A stretch of DNA of 64,000 bases. Origin: Clostridiaceae bacterium (GTDB lineage: Bacteria; Bacillota; Clostridia; DUPQ01). Position 1 is the first letter of the stretch. Every line of letters starts with the position of its first letter. The stretch covers positions 33,653-97,652 of the forward strand of contig DUPQ01000071.1 of the NCBI GenBank assembly GCA_012838235.1. Reading direction: 5' to 3'. This document shows positions 1 through 9,280 of the stretch, piece by piece. The notes beneath the pieces were generated by a model. That model was given only the letters and a program-made list of their open reading frames with translations, ran no database searches and was not told the origin of the DNA. The translations under genes were made by a program, and so were the position numbers.

Positions 1-219
1 TTGGATAACTACGAGTATTCCGGTCACATACTGGATATCTCCCAGGCGGTAATCGATTCCGTATATTTAAATATCCCCTACAGAATGTTGTGCAAGAGCG
101 ATTGTAAGGGGTTGTGCCCTAAATGCGGAAGCAATCTTAATCAAAAAGAATGCGGATGCATTGAACAAAGCGAAGAGAACGGGAGATTTTCCGCTTTGAA
201 GGATTTATTTAAAGAATAA
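1..219 (+). CDS. yceD: YceD/DUF177-family protein, C-terminal fragment (5' end lies outside the window)
   Basis: C-terminal Cys cluster CKGLCPKCGSNLNQKECGC and position immediately upstream of rpmF are typical of YceD. The leading M of the track ORF is an artifact of the window edge. Confidence 0.55.
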   Translation: MDNYEYSGHILDISQAVIDSVYLNIPYRMLCKSDCKGLCPKCGSNLNQKECGCIEQSEENGRFSALKDLFKE

Positions 220-243
220 TGTTAGTAATGCAGGAGGTGTAAA

Positions 244-429
244 ATGGCCGTACCCAAGCGTAAAGTATCAAAACAAAGACAGCGTAAAAGAAGAACTTTC
301 TATAAACTGGAAGAGCCCAATCTTGTCAGATGTTCACAGTGTCATACTCTCAAACGTCAACACAGAGTATGTGACGAATGCGGATATTATGACGGAAAAG
401 AAGTAATAAAAAAAGAAGAGGAAAAGTAA
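244..429 (+). CDS. rpmF: 50S ribosomal protein L32
   Basis: N-terminus MAVPKRKVSKQRQRKRR is the L32 signature. Contains a CxxC...CxxC zinc ribbon. An AGGAGG RBS lies 8 nt upstream. Confidence 0.9.
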   Translation: MAVPKRKVSKQRQRKRRTFYKLEEPNLVRCSQCHTLKRQHRVCDECGYYDGKEVIKKEEEK

Positions 430-435
430 TGTTAT

Positions 436-460
436 AAGGCGATGATATATCGCCTTTTTG
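436..460 (+). terminator. Rho-independent terminator-like hairpin after rpmF
   Basis: Inverted repeat AGGCGAT(438-444)/ATCGCCT(449-455) followed by TTTTT (455-459). Confidence 0.5.
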
Positions 461-464
461 CTAT

Positions 465-1802
465 ATGGAAAACAAGGCAATTGCAATTAAACAGATATTG
501 AAAGGAAGTTTAGCGAAGAGAGCCGGTATAAAACCCGGCGATTTTTTGCTTTCGGTAAACGGCTTCGGTATAAAGGATATTTTCGATTACCAGTACCATA
601 TTTCCGATGAATCGGTGCTCTTGGAAATAATAAACGGCAAGACCGGAAAGCTTACGGGAGTGGAGATTAAAAAAGACATTGACGAGGACCTGGGAATAGT
701 CTTTGAAAAGGAACTTATAGATGACGAGAAAGTTTGCCGTAACAAATGCATATTCTGTTTTATTGATCAGTTGCCCAAAGGTATGAGAGAAACGCTGTAC
801 TTCAAGGATGATGATGCCAGGCTTTCTTTTTTGACCGGAAACTATGTCACATTGACCAATATGTCGTATGAAGAAATAAAAAGGATAGCTTCTATGCATT
901 TATCTCCCATAAACATATCGGTACACACCACCGATCCGGAATTGAGATGTACAATGCTGAACAACAGACATGCAGGAGATATTTTGGATAAAATGGCTGT
1001 ACTTGCAGAAGCGGGAACAGACTTAAATTGCCAGATAGTACTGTGTAAGAATGTAAACGATAAGGCTCATTTAGACAGAACAATAAAGGATCTTTCATGT
1101 ATAGGACAGCCGCTTAAAAGCATTTCCGTAGTACCCGCAGGGCTTACCCGTTACAGGGACGGGCTGTATCCGTTGGAGCCGTTTACCGAAGAAGAATGTA
1201 TTCAGATTATAAATCAGGTTCAAAAACATCAGAAAGTATTCAAAGAGAAGTCGGGATATAACCTTGTTTATGCGGCGGATGAATTTTATATAAAAGCCGG
1301 TCTGGAGCTTCCTTCTTTCGGAGAATATGATGATTTTTATCAGATAGAAAACGGTGTAGGATTGATGACACACTTCATACACGATGCAAAAAATTATCTT
1401 GAAGAGATATCAAACAGCAAAAAACTTCTTAAAAGGGCGGAGAAAAACACAAAGCACAAAAGTATAGCGACCGGAGTGCTGGCTTATCCTTTTATAAAAG
1501 AACTTACGGATAAAGTTAGCATGTACGCAAAGAATATGAAAATCGATGTATATGAGATTAAAAACAATTTTTTCGGAGAGAATATAACGGTGACCGGACT
1601 GCTGACGGGACAGGACATTTCGGAACAATTGCAAGGAAAACAGTTAGGGGAGCAACTCCTCATCTCCCGTACCATGCTGAAGGCAAGCGATGAATATTTT
1701 CTTGATGATATGTCCTACAAACAACTCGGTAAGAAACTCAAGACGACAGTTACCGTTACGGGCAATAACGGAGAAGAATTCATAAAGACACTTATAAAGT
1801 AA
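465..1802 (+). CDS. PDZ-domain radical-SAM-like Fe-S oxidoreductase (DUF512 family)
   Basis: N-terminal PDZ-like segment (GSLAKRAGIKPGDFLLSVNG). Cys motif CRNKCIFC (Cx3Cx2C). This family conventionally sits upstream of der in Clostridia. Confidence 0.75.
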   Translation: MENKAIAIKQILKGSLAKRAGIKPGDFLLSVNGFGIKDIFDYQYHISDESVLLEIINGKTGKLTGVEIKKDIDEDLGIVFEKELIDDEKVCRNKCIFCFIDQLPKGMRETLYFKDDDARLSFLTGNYVTLTNMSYEEIKRIASMHLSPINISVHTTDPELRCTMLNNRHAGDILDKMAVLAEAGTDLNCQIVLCKNVNDKAHLDRTIKDLSCIGQPLKSISVVPAGLTRYRDGLYPLEPFTEEECIQIINQVQKHQKVFKEKSGYNLVYAADEFYIKAGLELPSFGEYDDFYQIENGVGLMTHFIHDAKNYLEEISNSKKLLKRAEKNTKHKSIATGVLAYPFIKELTDKVSMYAKNMKIDVYEIKNNFFGENITVTGLLTGQDISEQLQGKQLGEQLLISRTMLKASDEYFLDDMSYKQLGKKLKTTVTVTGNNGEEFIKTLIK

Positions 1803-1847
1803 ATAAAACATATCAAGACGGAATGAGTACAAAGGTAAAGTAAAATA

Positions 1848-1910
1848 TTGCAAAAGTGTCAAGTAAAACATTGCAAAAGTGTCAAGTAAAACATTGCAAA
1901 AGTGTCAAGT
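1848..1910. repeat. Tandem direct repeat, 23-bp unit TTGCAAAAGTGTCAAGTAAAACA x ~2.7 (a degenerate fourth unit lies upstream at ~1834)
   Basis: Two perfect 23-nt copies at 1848-1870 and 1871-1893, plus a 17-nt partial copy. Sits between the DUF512 gene and the DUF4143 ATPase gene. Confidence 0.9.
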
Positions 1911-1963
1911 GCATGATATCCTTTTGGTATTAGATAAGAAGACGAGGTATTGTAACGAGTAAA

Positions 1964-3244
1964 GTGAAGTACAGAAAAAGGATAGTTGATGAACAGCTGG
2001 ATTTCAAATTAGAGGCATTCGGAGCCACTCTTATTGAGGGGCCGAAAGGTTGCGGAAAAACTACAACTGCTAAGCAGAAAGCAAAAAGTGTTGTGGAATT
2101 TCAAAATGAGGATGAACGTGAAAATTATCTGATAATTGCCAATACCAAACCATCCGAGTTATTAAAGGGTGAAAAACCCAGACTTTTTGATGAATGGCAA
2201 GATGCTCCGAAAATATGGGGAGCGATACGAAAAGATATTGATGATACAGGCGGGGTAGGAAAATATATTCTAACAGGTTCCAGTTCAAACACTGTTAAAA
2301 CTCCGCATACCGGAACACTCAGAATATCCAGGCTAAAGATGTATCCTATGAGCCTTTATGAGAGCGGAGAATCCAACGGAGAAGTATCTCTTAAAGAATT
2401 GTTTACCAATCCCGATTCATTTGATGGATGTCGCTCTGATTTAACAATAGACGAGATTAAGTTTTCCATATGCAGAGGAGGCTGGCCGGGAAGTTTGGAT
2501 AGAAGTACTCCTAAAACTCAGTTGGCTATTGCAAAAGATTTATTTAATCAAACATGTAATGTGGACATAAGTAATATTGACGGTGTAAATCGGAATCCTC
2601 AGTGGGCCAAAGCTATTTTAAAATCATATGCTCGTAATCTTTGCACCTTAGCAACAACAAAGACCATTTTAGCGGATGTCAATGCATCATGTGAAATGTC
2701 TAAACAAAGTTATTATGATTATGTATCGGCTTTGGAAAAACTTATGATTATTGAAGATATTGATGCATGGAATCCTGCAATCAGATCAAAAACATCTATA
2801 CGCTCCTCGGCAAAAAGAAATTTCATTGATCCGTCTATTGCGGTGGCTGCTTTCGGTATATCGCCGGAATACTTTGACAGAGACTACAAAACACTCGGCT
2901 TTTTATTTGAATCTTTATGTATTAGAGATTTAATAGTGTACTCCTCAAACAATGACGGCAATCTTTCTTATTACCGTGACAGGCTCGGTTTGGAAGCGGA
3001 TGCGGTTTTACACCTGGACGACGGGCGATATGCACTTATAGAGATAAAACTGGGTCAGAGTGATGTAGATGAATCAGCCAAACACTTGTGTGAAATTGAA
3101 ACTTTGATTAGAGAATACAATGAAAGTAATAAAAAAGTTTCTCTCAATATGCCGACCTTGAAAATTATACTTACCGGTACGCAGTACGGTTATCGCAGAG
3201 ATGACAAAGTTTTTGTGATACCTATAGCTTGTTTAAGAGATTGA
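1964..3244 (+). CDS. AAA+ ATPase with C-terminal DUF4143 (PD-(D/E)xK-like) domain
   Basis: Walker A GPKGCGKTT and Walker B LFDEWQ. C-terminal motif EADAVLHLDDGRYALIEIK is typical of the AAA_14/DUF4143 'ATP-binding protein' family. Confidence 0.75.
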   Translation: MKYRKRIVDEQLDFKLEAFGATLIEGPKGCGKTTTAKQKAKSVVEFQNEDERENYLIIANTKPSELLKGEKPRLFDEWQDAPKIWGAIRKDIDDTGGVGKYILTGSSSNTVKTPHTGTLRISRLKMYPMSLYESGESNGEVSLKELFTNPDSFDGCRSDLTIDEIKFSICRGGWPGSLDRSTPKTQLAIAKDLFNQTCNVDISNIDGVNRNPQWAKAILKSYARNLCTLATTKTILADVNASCEMSKQSYYDYVSALEKLMIIEDIDAWNPAIRSKTSIRSSAKRNFIDPSIAVAAFGISPEYFDRDYKTLGFLFESLCIRDLIVYSSNNDGNLSYYRDRLGLEADAVLHLDDGRYALIEIKLGQSDVDESAKHLCEIETLIREYNESNKKVSLNMPTLKIILTGTQYGYRRDDKVFVIPIACLRD

Positions 3245-3325
3245 AAATTTTTTATCTTACATCACATTGTGTTCTGTGCAGATTATACTCTGCAATGTGC
3301 AATAATTTTAGCACTATGATAAAAT

Positions 3326-3643
3326 ATGCATAAAGGAGGTGGTTTTGTGGCTGCATATACTGTTTCGGAACTAAAAGATATTGTCGGGAAATTAGCCGCT
3401 AAATATGGAGCAGAGCGTGTATATCTCTTCGGTTCTTATGCTCGTGGAGAAGCAAAACCTGAAAGTGATATTGATTTGCGAATAGACAAAGGCAGTATTC
3501 GCGGATTGGCTTTTGCCTCTTTACTCGGTGATTTACAAGATGCTCTCGGAGTAGAGGTTGATTTGATTTCTACCGCCGGTATGGATAACGATTTTTTACG
3601 TGAAGTTCAGAAAGATGAGGTGCTGCTCTATGAAAGAGCATGA
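3326..3643 (+). CDS. mntA: Nucleotidyltransferase-domain antitoxin (MntA-like)
   Basis: Minimal nucleotidyltransferase motif LFGSYARGEAKPESDIDL. Its stop overlaps the start of the HepT-like ORF (ATGA overlap at 3630-3643). Confidence 0.8.
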   Translation: MHKGGGFVAAYTVSELKDIVGKLAAKYGAERVYLFGSYARGEAKPESDIDLRIDKGSIRGLAFASLLGDLQDALGVEVDLISTAGMDNDFLREVQKDEVLLYERA

Positions 3644-3842
3644 GCGTAATGTTCGCATTTTATCTTCAATTATTTCTTATTGTGAGCAAATAGATACAAC
3701 CGTCAGGCATTTCGGGAAAGAATATAAGATATTCTTAAACAATCCTATATATCACAATGCCGTCTCTCTTTGCGTGATATTAAACTGATGAGAAACATAG
3801 TTGCTCATCGCTCCCGCTTTAGAAGCATTTTGCCGAAATATT
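3630..3842 (+). pseudogene. hepT: HepT (DUF86) toxin remnant, internally deleted and frameshifted
   Basis: A 53-aa ORF (3630-3788) ends ...NAVSLCVILN*, matching the HepT core up to the 'CILQ' region. The catalytic RNxxxHxY motif appears as RNIVAHRS in a different frame (3788-3842), with ~30 codons missing in between. Confidence 0.5.
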
Positions 3843-3951
3843 CTTAAAAAAGAAAGTTAAAACCCGATTGCATAATAAACCTAATGAGTAAAACGGATAG
3901 GTTTGTTTCCGCATAGCTTTTTATCCCGGCTAATTCCTTGCCGTATCTTAT

Positions 3952-5346
3952 ATGCAATTCTTGAGAAAACACCATGTATATGGTATTATTTATCCAGTTT
4001 ATTTGAAAGGCGGAGCGGGGAATTTGGCACAGCCGATAGTGGCCGTAGTGGGCAGACCTAATGTAGGTAAATCAGCATTTTTCAATTATCTGGCAGGCAG
4101 AAGGATATCCATAGTGGAAGATACCCCGGGCGTGACGCGCGACAGAATATACACTAAATGCGATTGGTGCGGTCGGGAGTTTGTGCTTATCGATACCGGA
4201 GGTATAGAAATCGGTTCTTCGGACGAAATGTATAAACAAATGAAAAGACAGGCGGAAGTTGCCATTGACACTGCCGACTTTATAATCTTCATGACCGATA
4301 TAAAGAGCGGACTTACTGCGGGGGATAAGGAAGTTGCATCACTGCTGCATAAATCGGGAAAGCCTGTGGTAATTGCGGTAAATAAAGCGGATTCGCCGGG
4401 AGAGCCTCCTGCGGAATTATATGAATTCTACAACCTGGGACTTGCGGAAATCTTTCCCATATCGGCTATGCACGGACTGGGAATAGGCGAACTTTTAGAC
4501 TATGTTATGGAGCATCTTCCCGATATTCAGGAGCAATCGGATGATGACAGTATACATGTGGCAATAATAGGTAAACCCAACTCGGGCAAATCTTCTTTAC
4601 TGAACAGAATAACCGGAGAAGAGCGTGCCATTGTCAGTCCCGTTGCCGGAACCACACGCGATGCTTTGGATTCATTGGTAATAAGGGAGGAAAAGAAATA
4701 TACCTTTATCGATACGGCCGGTATCAGACGAAGCAGCAAGATATTTTCCGACATAGAAAAGTACAGTATCATAAGAGCCTGGTCGGCCATTGAGCGATCG
4801 GATGTATGCATACTTATCGTGGATGCATCGGAAGGGATTACCGAACAGGATTCCAAGATAGCGGGATTTGCCCATGAACAGGGTAAAGCTGCAATTGTCG
4901 CATTGAACAAGTGGGACCTTGTGGAAAAAGACAACAAGACCTATCAGAAATTCGTAAATTCCGTCAGGGCGGAGTTGCCGTTCATGCAATATGCTCCGGT
5001 CATATCTATTTCATCACTTACCGGAAAACGAGTGGAGAATCTGTTTCCTCTCATAGACAAAGTTTATGAAAATGCAAACAGAAGAATATCCACAGGGGTG
5101 CTGAATGATGTTCTCAACGATGCAATAGCTATGGTTCAGCCGCCGTCGGATAAAGGAAAACTTTTAAGAATTTACTACATGACTCAGGTATCGACACAAC
5201 CGCCTACGTTTGTTATCTTTGTAAACAGTAAGGATCTCATGCACTTTTCCTATGAAAGATATCTGACCAATACACTAAGAGATACGTTTGATTTTGAAGG
5301 TACACCTATAAGGTTTATAATACGGGAGCGAGGTAAAGAGAATTGA
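3952..5346 (+). CDS. der: Ribosome-biogenesis GTPase Der (EngA), two tandem GTPase domains + KH-like domain
   Basis: GRPNVGKS and GKPNSGKS P-loops, DTGG/DTAG and NKAD/NKWD motifs. The track start at 3952 gives a ~25-aa N-terminal extension. The true start is more likely the in-frame TTG at 4024 (LAQPIVAVVGRPNVGKS). Confidence 0.9.
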   Translation: MQFLRKHHVYGIIYPVYLKGGAGNLAQPIVAVVGRPNVGKSAFFNYLAGRRISIVEDTPGVTRDRIYTKCDWCGREFVLIDTGGIEIGSSDEMYKQMKRQAEVAIDTADFIIFMTDIKSGLTAGDKEVASLLHKSGKPVVIAVNKADSPGEPPAELYEFYNLGLAEIFPISAMHGLGIGELLDYVMEHLPDIQEQSDDDSIHVAIIGKPNSGKSSLLNRITGEERAIVSPVAGTTRDALDSLVIREEKKYTFIDTAGIRRSSKIFSDIEKYSIIRAWSAIERSDVCILIVDASEGITEQDSKIAGFAHEQGKAAIVALNKWDLVEKDNKTYQKFVNSVRAELPFMQYAPVISISSLTGKRVENLFPLIDKVYENANRRISTGVLNDVLNDAIAMVQPPSDKGKLLRIYYMTQVSTQPPTFVIFVNSKDLMHFSYERYLTNTLRDTFDFEGTPIRFIIRERGKEN

Positions 5347-5963
5347 ATATTTTACTGCATGTAATATCGGCTGTTTTCGGATACTTGGTGGGTTCTTTGA
5401 ACTCCGCCATACTGGTTTCACGCTTTTATAAAAAAGATATCAGGAATGAGGGCAGTAAAAATGCGGGTCTTACAAATGTGTTGAGAGTTTTAGGCAAAAA
5501 GGCTGCGATAGCGGTACTTTTGCTGGATTTGCTTAAAGGAGTTATAACCACCGGTTTGGGATATATATTGGTTAAAGATCAACTGTCCGGTGCACTTGTA
5601 GCCGGTATATTTACCGTCATAGGACATATATTTCCCGTGTTCTTTAAATTCAAGGGCGGAAAAGGCATACTGATTTCACTTTCCGTGTTGTTGATGACCG
5701 ACTGGAGAATAGCACTTATAGGGCTGGGGATATTTATAATAATCGTGGGGCTGACGAGATATGTTTCCTTAGGTTCCATTACCGCAATGTTTCTTTCTCC
5801 GCTATTTGCATGGTTGCTTAATCATGAGCCTTTCTTTATCATATCAATGGGCTTTTTAGCCGCTCTTACCATATTTATGCACAGAAGTAATGTCAAGAGA
5901 CTGCTGAACGGTACCGAAAACAAACTGTCTTTCAACAAGACCGGAAACGGGGAAGGTAAATGA
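5343..5963 (+). CDS. plsY: Glycerol-3-phosphate acyltransferase PlsY
   Basis: Multi-pass membrane protein with GSLNSAIL...SKNAGLTNVLRVLGKK and the conserved der-plsY order. Confidence 0.85.
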   Translation: MNILLHVISAVFGYLVGSLNSAILVSRFYKKDIRNEGSKNAGLTNVLRVLGKKAAIAVLLLDLLKGVITTGLGYILVKDQLSGALVAGIFTVIGHIFPVFFKFKGGKGILISLSVLLMTDWRIALIGLGIFIIIVGLTRYVSLGSITAMFLSPLFAWLLNHEPFFIISMGFLAALTIFMHRSNVKRLLNGTENKLSFNKTGNGEGK

Positions 5964-6961
5964 GCAACCTCATTGTTATAAACACCTCATTCAATCCGTG
6001 GTATAACCTTGCACTGGAAGAGTATCTTTTAGATAAAGTAACCGATTACGATAACATATTGTTTCTCTGGCAGAATGCCAATACGGTAGTAATAGGCAGA
6101 AATCAGAATGCCTGGAGAGAATGCCGCACTGAACTGTTGGAATCGGAAGGCGGAAAACTGGCAAGACGGTCTACGGGAGGGGGAGCGGTTTATCACGATT
6201 CGGGTAATCTGAATTTCTCTTTTATACTTCCCAGAAGCAGTCAGGATTTTCTTATACAAGCAGGTATAATAACTAAAGCGGTCGGTAAATTCGGTATAAA
6301 TGCATATGTCAACGGAAGAAATGACATAGTTACGGATCAAGGCAAATTCTCCGGAAATGCTTTTACATACAGAAAAAACAGAGCCTTGCATCACGGAACG
6401 GTGCTTGTGGATGTAGACCGGGAGAAATTGGGCAGATACCTGCAGGTCAGCAAAGAAAAAATGCAGATAAAAGGCATTAAAAGTGTGCAAAGCAGGATTG
6501 TCAATCTCAAAGAATATGACAGCGGCATAACGGTAGAGCGGGTACGTGACGCGATAATGCAGGCTTTTGTTGAGGAGTTCGGCCAATGCGAGATAGCGGA
6601 CTGCTCAAAAGAGATAGATATATTTGACCGCAAATTCGACATGGCGGAAGTGCACAGAACATATGAAATATATTCCTCCTGGGAGTTCAGATACGGTGAA
6701 GCACCCAAGTTTGATATAGAGTGGGCAAACAGATTTTCCTGGGGAGAGGTGGTCATCCATCTTACATTAAAAAACGGTGTTATAATTAAAAGCAGGATAT
6801 ATTCCGATGCTTTGGACGAACTGTTCATAGCTAATATACGTCAATGTTTCGACAATGTACCTTTTAAGAAAAAAGATATGGCAGAAGCCGTGGTGAAACA
6901 ACATCCCGACTCACCGATGGCAAAAGATATTGCGGAATATATTCTAAGTAAGGAGATGTAA
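5960..6961 (+). CDS. Lipoate-protein ligase A family protein
   Basis: BPL/LPL catalytic-domain motifs RRSTGGGAVYHDSGNLNFSFI and a lysine-containing segment. C-terminal LplA-type accessory domain present. Confidence 0.8.
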   Translation: MSNLIVINTSFNPWYNLALEEYLLDKVTDYDNILFLWQNANTVVIGRNQNAWRECRTELLESEGGKLARRSTGGGAVYHDSGNLNFSFILPRSSQDFLIQAGIITKAVGKFGINAYVNGRNDIVTDQGKFSGNAFTYRKNRALHHGTVLVDVDREKLGRYLQVSKEKMQIKGIKSVQSRIVNLKEYDSGITVERVRDAIMQAFVEEFGQCEIADCSKEIDIFDRKFDMAEVHRTYEIYSSWEFRYGEAPKFDIEWANRFSWGEVVIHLTLKNGVIIKSRIYSDALDELFIANIRQCFDNVPFKKKDMAEAVVKQHPDSPMAKDIAEYILSKEM

Positions 6962-7353
6962 TGTTTTTTAAGGATTTGCATATTAAAGATATTGCCGATA
7001 TACCGGTTTTAAGTCTGGCTTACATAGGCGATGCCGTATACGATCTTTATGTTAGGGAGCATCTTTTGGCAAAAGGATGCTTCAAACCTACCGATTTGCA
7101 TAAAATGGCGGTCGTCTATGTAAATGCAAAAGGTCAGAAACAGAGCCTTATGAAGATAATGGATATTTTGACGGAAAAAGAATTAAACTGTGTGCAAAGA
7201 GGCCGAAATGCCAAACCCAGGAGCAAACCTAAGAATGCCGATGCCGCAGACTATTCCTACGCTACCGCTCTGGAGGCTCTTGTGGGATACCTTTATATCA
7301 ACAAAGAATACGAAAGGCTTGATTACCTGTTGGGTATCATGTTGGATATATGA
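6961..7353 (+). CDS. mrnC: Mini-ribonuclease III
   Basis: LAYIGDAVYDLYVREHLL RNase III-like signature in a ~130-aa protein. Conserved mrnC-rlmB-yacP-sigH synteny. Confidence 0.8.
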   Translation: MFFKDLHIKDIADIPVLSLAYIGDAVYDLYVREHLLAKGCFKPTDLHKMAVVYVNAKGQKQSLMKIMDILTEKELNCVQRGRNAKPRSKPKNADAADYSYATALEALVGYLYINKEYERLDYLLGIMLDI

Positions 7354-8090
7354 TGGAAGAAAAAAACACCGTTATAGCGGGAAGAAATCCCGTATTGGAA
7401 GCCTTAAAGAAGGATTGTCTCATAAGCCGGATACTGGTAAGTGTCGGTGAAAAAGAGGGGTCTATACTGAAAATACTTTCCGAAGCGAGAAAGAAGAATA
7501 TTCCGGTAAAGCAGGTATCCAATACCAAGCTTGACTCTATTATTCCGGCTCATCAGGGTGTTGTGGCATATATATCCCCGATAGAGTTTTATGAAATATC
7601 CGATCTTCTGGATGTGGCAAAAGAAAGAAAAGAGCCTCCCTTTATAGTAATACTGGATCAGATTGAGGATGTGCATAATCTGGGAGCAATTGCCAGAAGT
7701 GCCGAAGCTGCGGGATGTCACGGTATTATAATCCCCCTTCACAGGTCGGCTCCCGTAAATGCCGCCGCAATGAAAGCCAGTGCAGGTGCCCTGTTGCATA
7801 TAAAGGTGGCCAGAGTGACCAATCTCAATGCGGCCATAGAGCAGCTGAAGAAGCAAGGTTTATGGATATGCGGAACGGATAAGGATGCAAATAAGCAATA
7901 TTACGACGCCGACCTTAAAGGACCGCTTGCCGTAGTTATAGGTTCCGAAGGAGCCGGTATGTCCAGGTTAGTAGCAAAGAACTGCGATTTTACCGTAAAT
8001 ATACCTTTATCGGGAAATATAACCAGCCTGAATGCATCATGTGCAGCGGCAATAGTAATATTTGAAGCCGTAAAGCAAAGAAAAGCGTAA
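7350..8090 (+). CDS. rlmB: 23S rRNA (Gm2251) 2'-O-methyltransferase, SpoU/TrmH family
   Basis: SpoU substrate-binding N-terminal domain plus C-terminal SPOUT motifs (HNLGAIARSAEAAG, VIGSEGAGMS, LNASCAAAIVIFE). Confidence 0.85.
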   Translation: MMEEKNTVIAGRNPVLEALKKDCLISRILVSVGEKEGSILKILSEARKKNIPVKQVSNTKLDSIIPAHQGVVAYISPIEFYEISDLLDVAKERKEPPFIVILDQIEDVHNLGAIARSAEAAGCHGIIIPLHRSAPVNAAAMKASAGALLHIKVARVTNLNAAIEQLKKQGLWICGTDKDANKQYYDADLKGPLAVVIGSEGAGMSRLVAKNCDFTVNIPLSGNITSLNASCAAAIVIFEAVKQRKA

Positions 8091-8095
8091 AACCG

Positions 8096-8599
8096 ATGGA
8101 ATACCTGTTTGTTGACGGTTACAATATAATAAACGCATGGTCGGACATATTTGACAAAAACAGCCCCCTTGAGGACAACAGGAAGGCATTGTGCGATATA
8201 TTGTCCGATTATCAGGGGTATACGGGTTTTCGGATTGTAGTGGTTTTTGATGCGCATCTTGTACCGGAAGGAATAGGCTCACTTATGCAGTATGATAAAA
8301 TAAAGGTGGTGTTTACAAAGAAAAATCAGACTGCGGACAATTTCATTGAAAGATATGTGGCAAAAGAGTGTTACAACAATAAAATAACGGTTGTCACCAA
8401 CGACTATATGGAACAAAAGACTGTGTTGCACAAAGGTGCACTCAGAATGACGGCATCGGAATTACAAAGAGAGATAATAAAGAAAAGACAAAGCGCATCG
8501 ACAAGCGATAAACAATCCAACTTTATAATAGACAATCTGGATAATGAACAGAAAAGGAAACTGTTAAAGATAAAGCATGAAGACCGAAAAGATAAATAG
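8096..8599 (+). CDS. yacP: NYN-domain ribonuclease YacP/Rae1
   Basis: MEYLFVDGYNIINAW N-terminus (NYN/PIN-like). Located between rlmB and sigH as in Bacillus. Confidence 0.8.
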   Translation: MEYLFVDGYNIINAWSDIFDKNSPLEDNRKALCDILSDYQGYTGFRIVVVFDAHLVPEGIGSLMQYDKIKVVFTKKNQTADNFIERYVAKECYNNKITVVTNDYMEQKTVLHKGALRMTASELQREIIKKRQSASTSDKQSNFIIDNLDNEQKRKLLKIKHEDRKDK

Positions 8600-9164
8600 C
8601 ATTATAAAAAAAGCCAAAGCGGGCGATGAAGTTTCCATGGAATATCTTTTAAAGGAGTATTCGTCCCTTGTGCGTAAAAAAGCGACCGGTCTTTTTCTGA
8701 TGGGAGCGGACAAGGACGATCTTTTACAGGAGGGAATGATAGGTCTTTTCAAAGCCATACTGAACTACGATGAAACAAAAGAAGCTTCCTTTGATACATT
8801 TGCGGCACTGTGCATAAACAGACAGATGTTTTCCGCAATAAAAGGAGCAAACAGAAAGAAACATAAACTTATCAACGAATACATTTCCATATACACGGAG
8901 GATAAAGAAGATATACCTTTAGCCATACCGGATGAGAAGTATAATCCCGAGGTAATAGTTACCGAAACCGAAGCATTACACAATCTTGAAAACATGATAC
9001 GTAATAAATTGAGCAGTATGGAAAGTAAAGTTTTAGATATGCTTATTGAAGGTCATAGTGTTGCCTATATGAGTAAAAAAACAGGTAAAAATGCAAAATC
9101 CGTGGACAATGCCATACAACGTATCAAAAGCAAAGTGCGTAACATTTTGAAAGAAGAGCATTGA
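8577..9164 (+). CDS. sigH: RNA polymerase sigma factor SigH (sigma-70 family, region 2 + region 4)
   Basis: DDLLQEGMIGLFKAILNYDETKEASFDTFAALCINRQM closely matches SigH region 2. C-terminal HTH present. Its start overlaps the yacP 3' end. Confidence 0.8.
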   Translation: MKTEKINSIIKKAKAGDEVSMEYLLKEYSSLVRKKATGLFLMGADKDDLLQEGMIGLFKAILNYDETKEASFDTFAALCINRQMFSAIKGANRKKHKLINEYISIYTEDKEDIPLAIPDEKYNPEVIVTETEALHNLENMIRNKLSSMESKVLDMLIEGHSVAYMSKKTGKNAKSVDNAIQRIKSKVRNILKEEH

Positions 9165-9197
9165 AGTATCGGTTTTATATGTTATAATAGCCTAGTC

Positions 9198-9270
9198 GCT
9201 GACATAGCTCAGTCGGTAGAGCACCTCATTGGTAATGAGGAGGTCGGCAGTTCGATTCTGCTTGTCAGCT
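9198..9270 (+). tRNA. tRNA-Thr (anticodon GGU)
   Basis: Cloverleaf is readable: acceptor GCTGACA/TGTCAGC, D-arm AGCTCAGTCGGTAGAGC, anticodon stem CCTCA/TGAGG with loop TTGGTAA, and T-arm GGCAGTTCGATTCTGCT. A genome-encoded CCA follows at 9271-9273. Confidence 0.85.
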
Positions 9271-9280
9271 CCATAAGAAG

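Noticed and set aside
510-1871. Series of minus-strand ORFs (129, 68, 95, 74, 63, 75 aa) overlapping the DUF512 gene
   Set aside because: Antisense to a conserved plus-strand gene. Low-complexity translations. No start or RBS context.
1848-1910. Tandem repeat considered as a CRISPR array
   Set aside because: Units are directly abutting with no spacers. Only ~3 copies of 23 nt. No cas genes in the window.
3600-3629. Track start of the HepT-like ORF at 3600 (MKFRKMRCCS...)
   Set aside because: This segment is the MntA C-terminus read in another frame. The ATG at 3630, overlapping the MntA stop (ATGA), is the standard coupled start for HepT.
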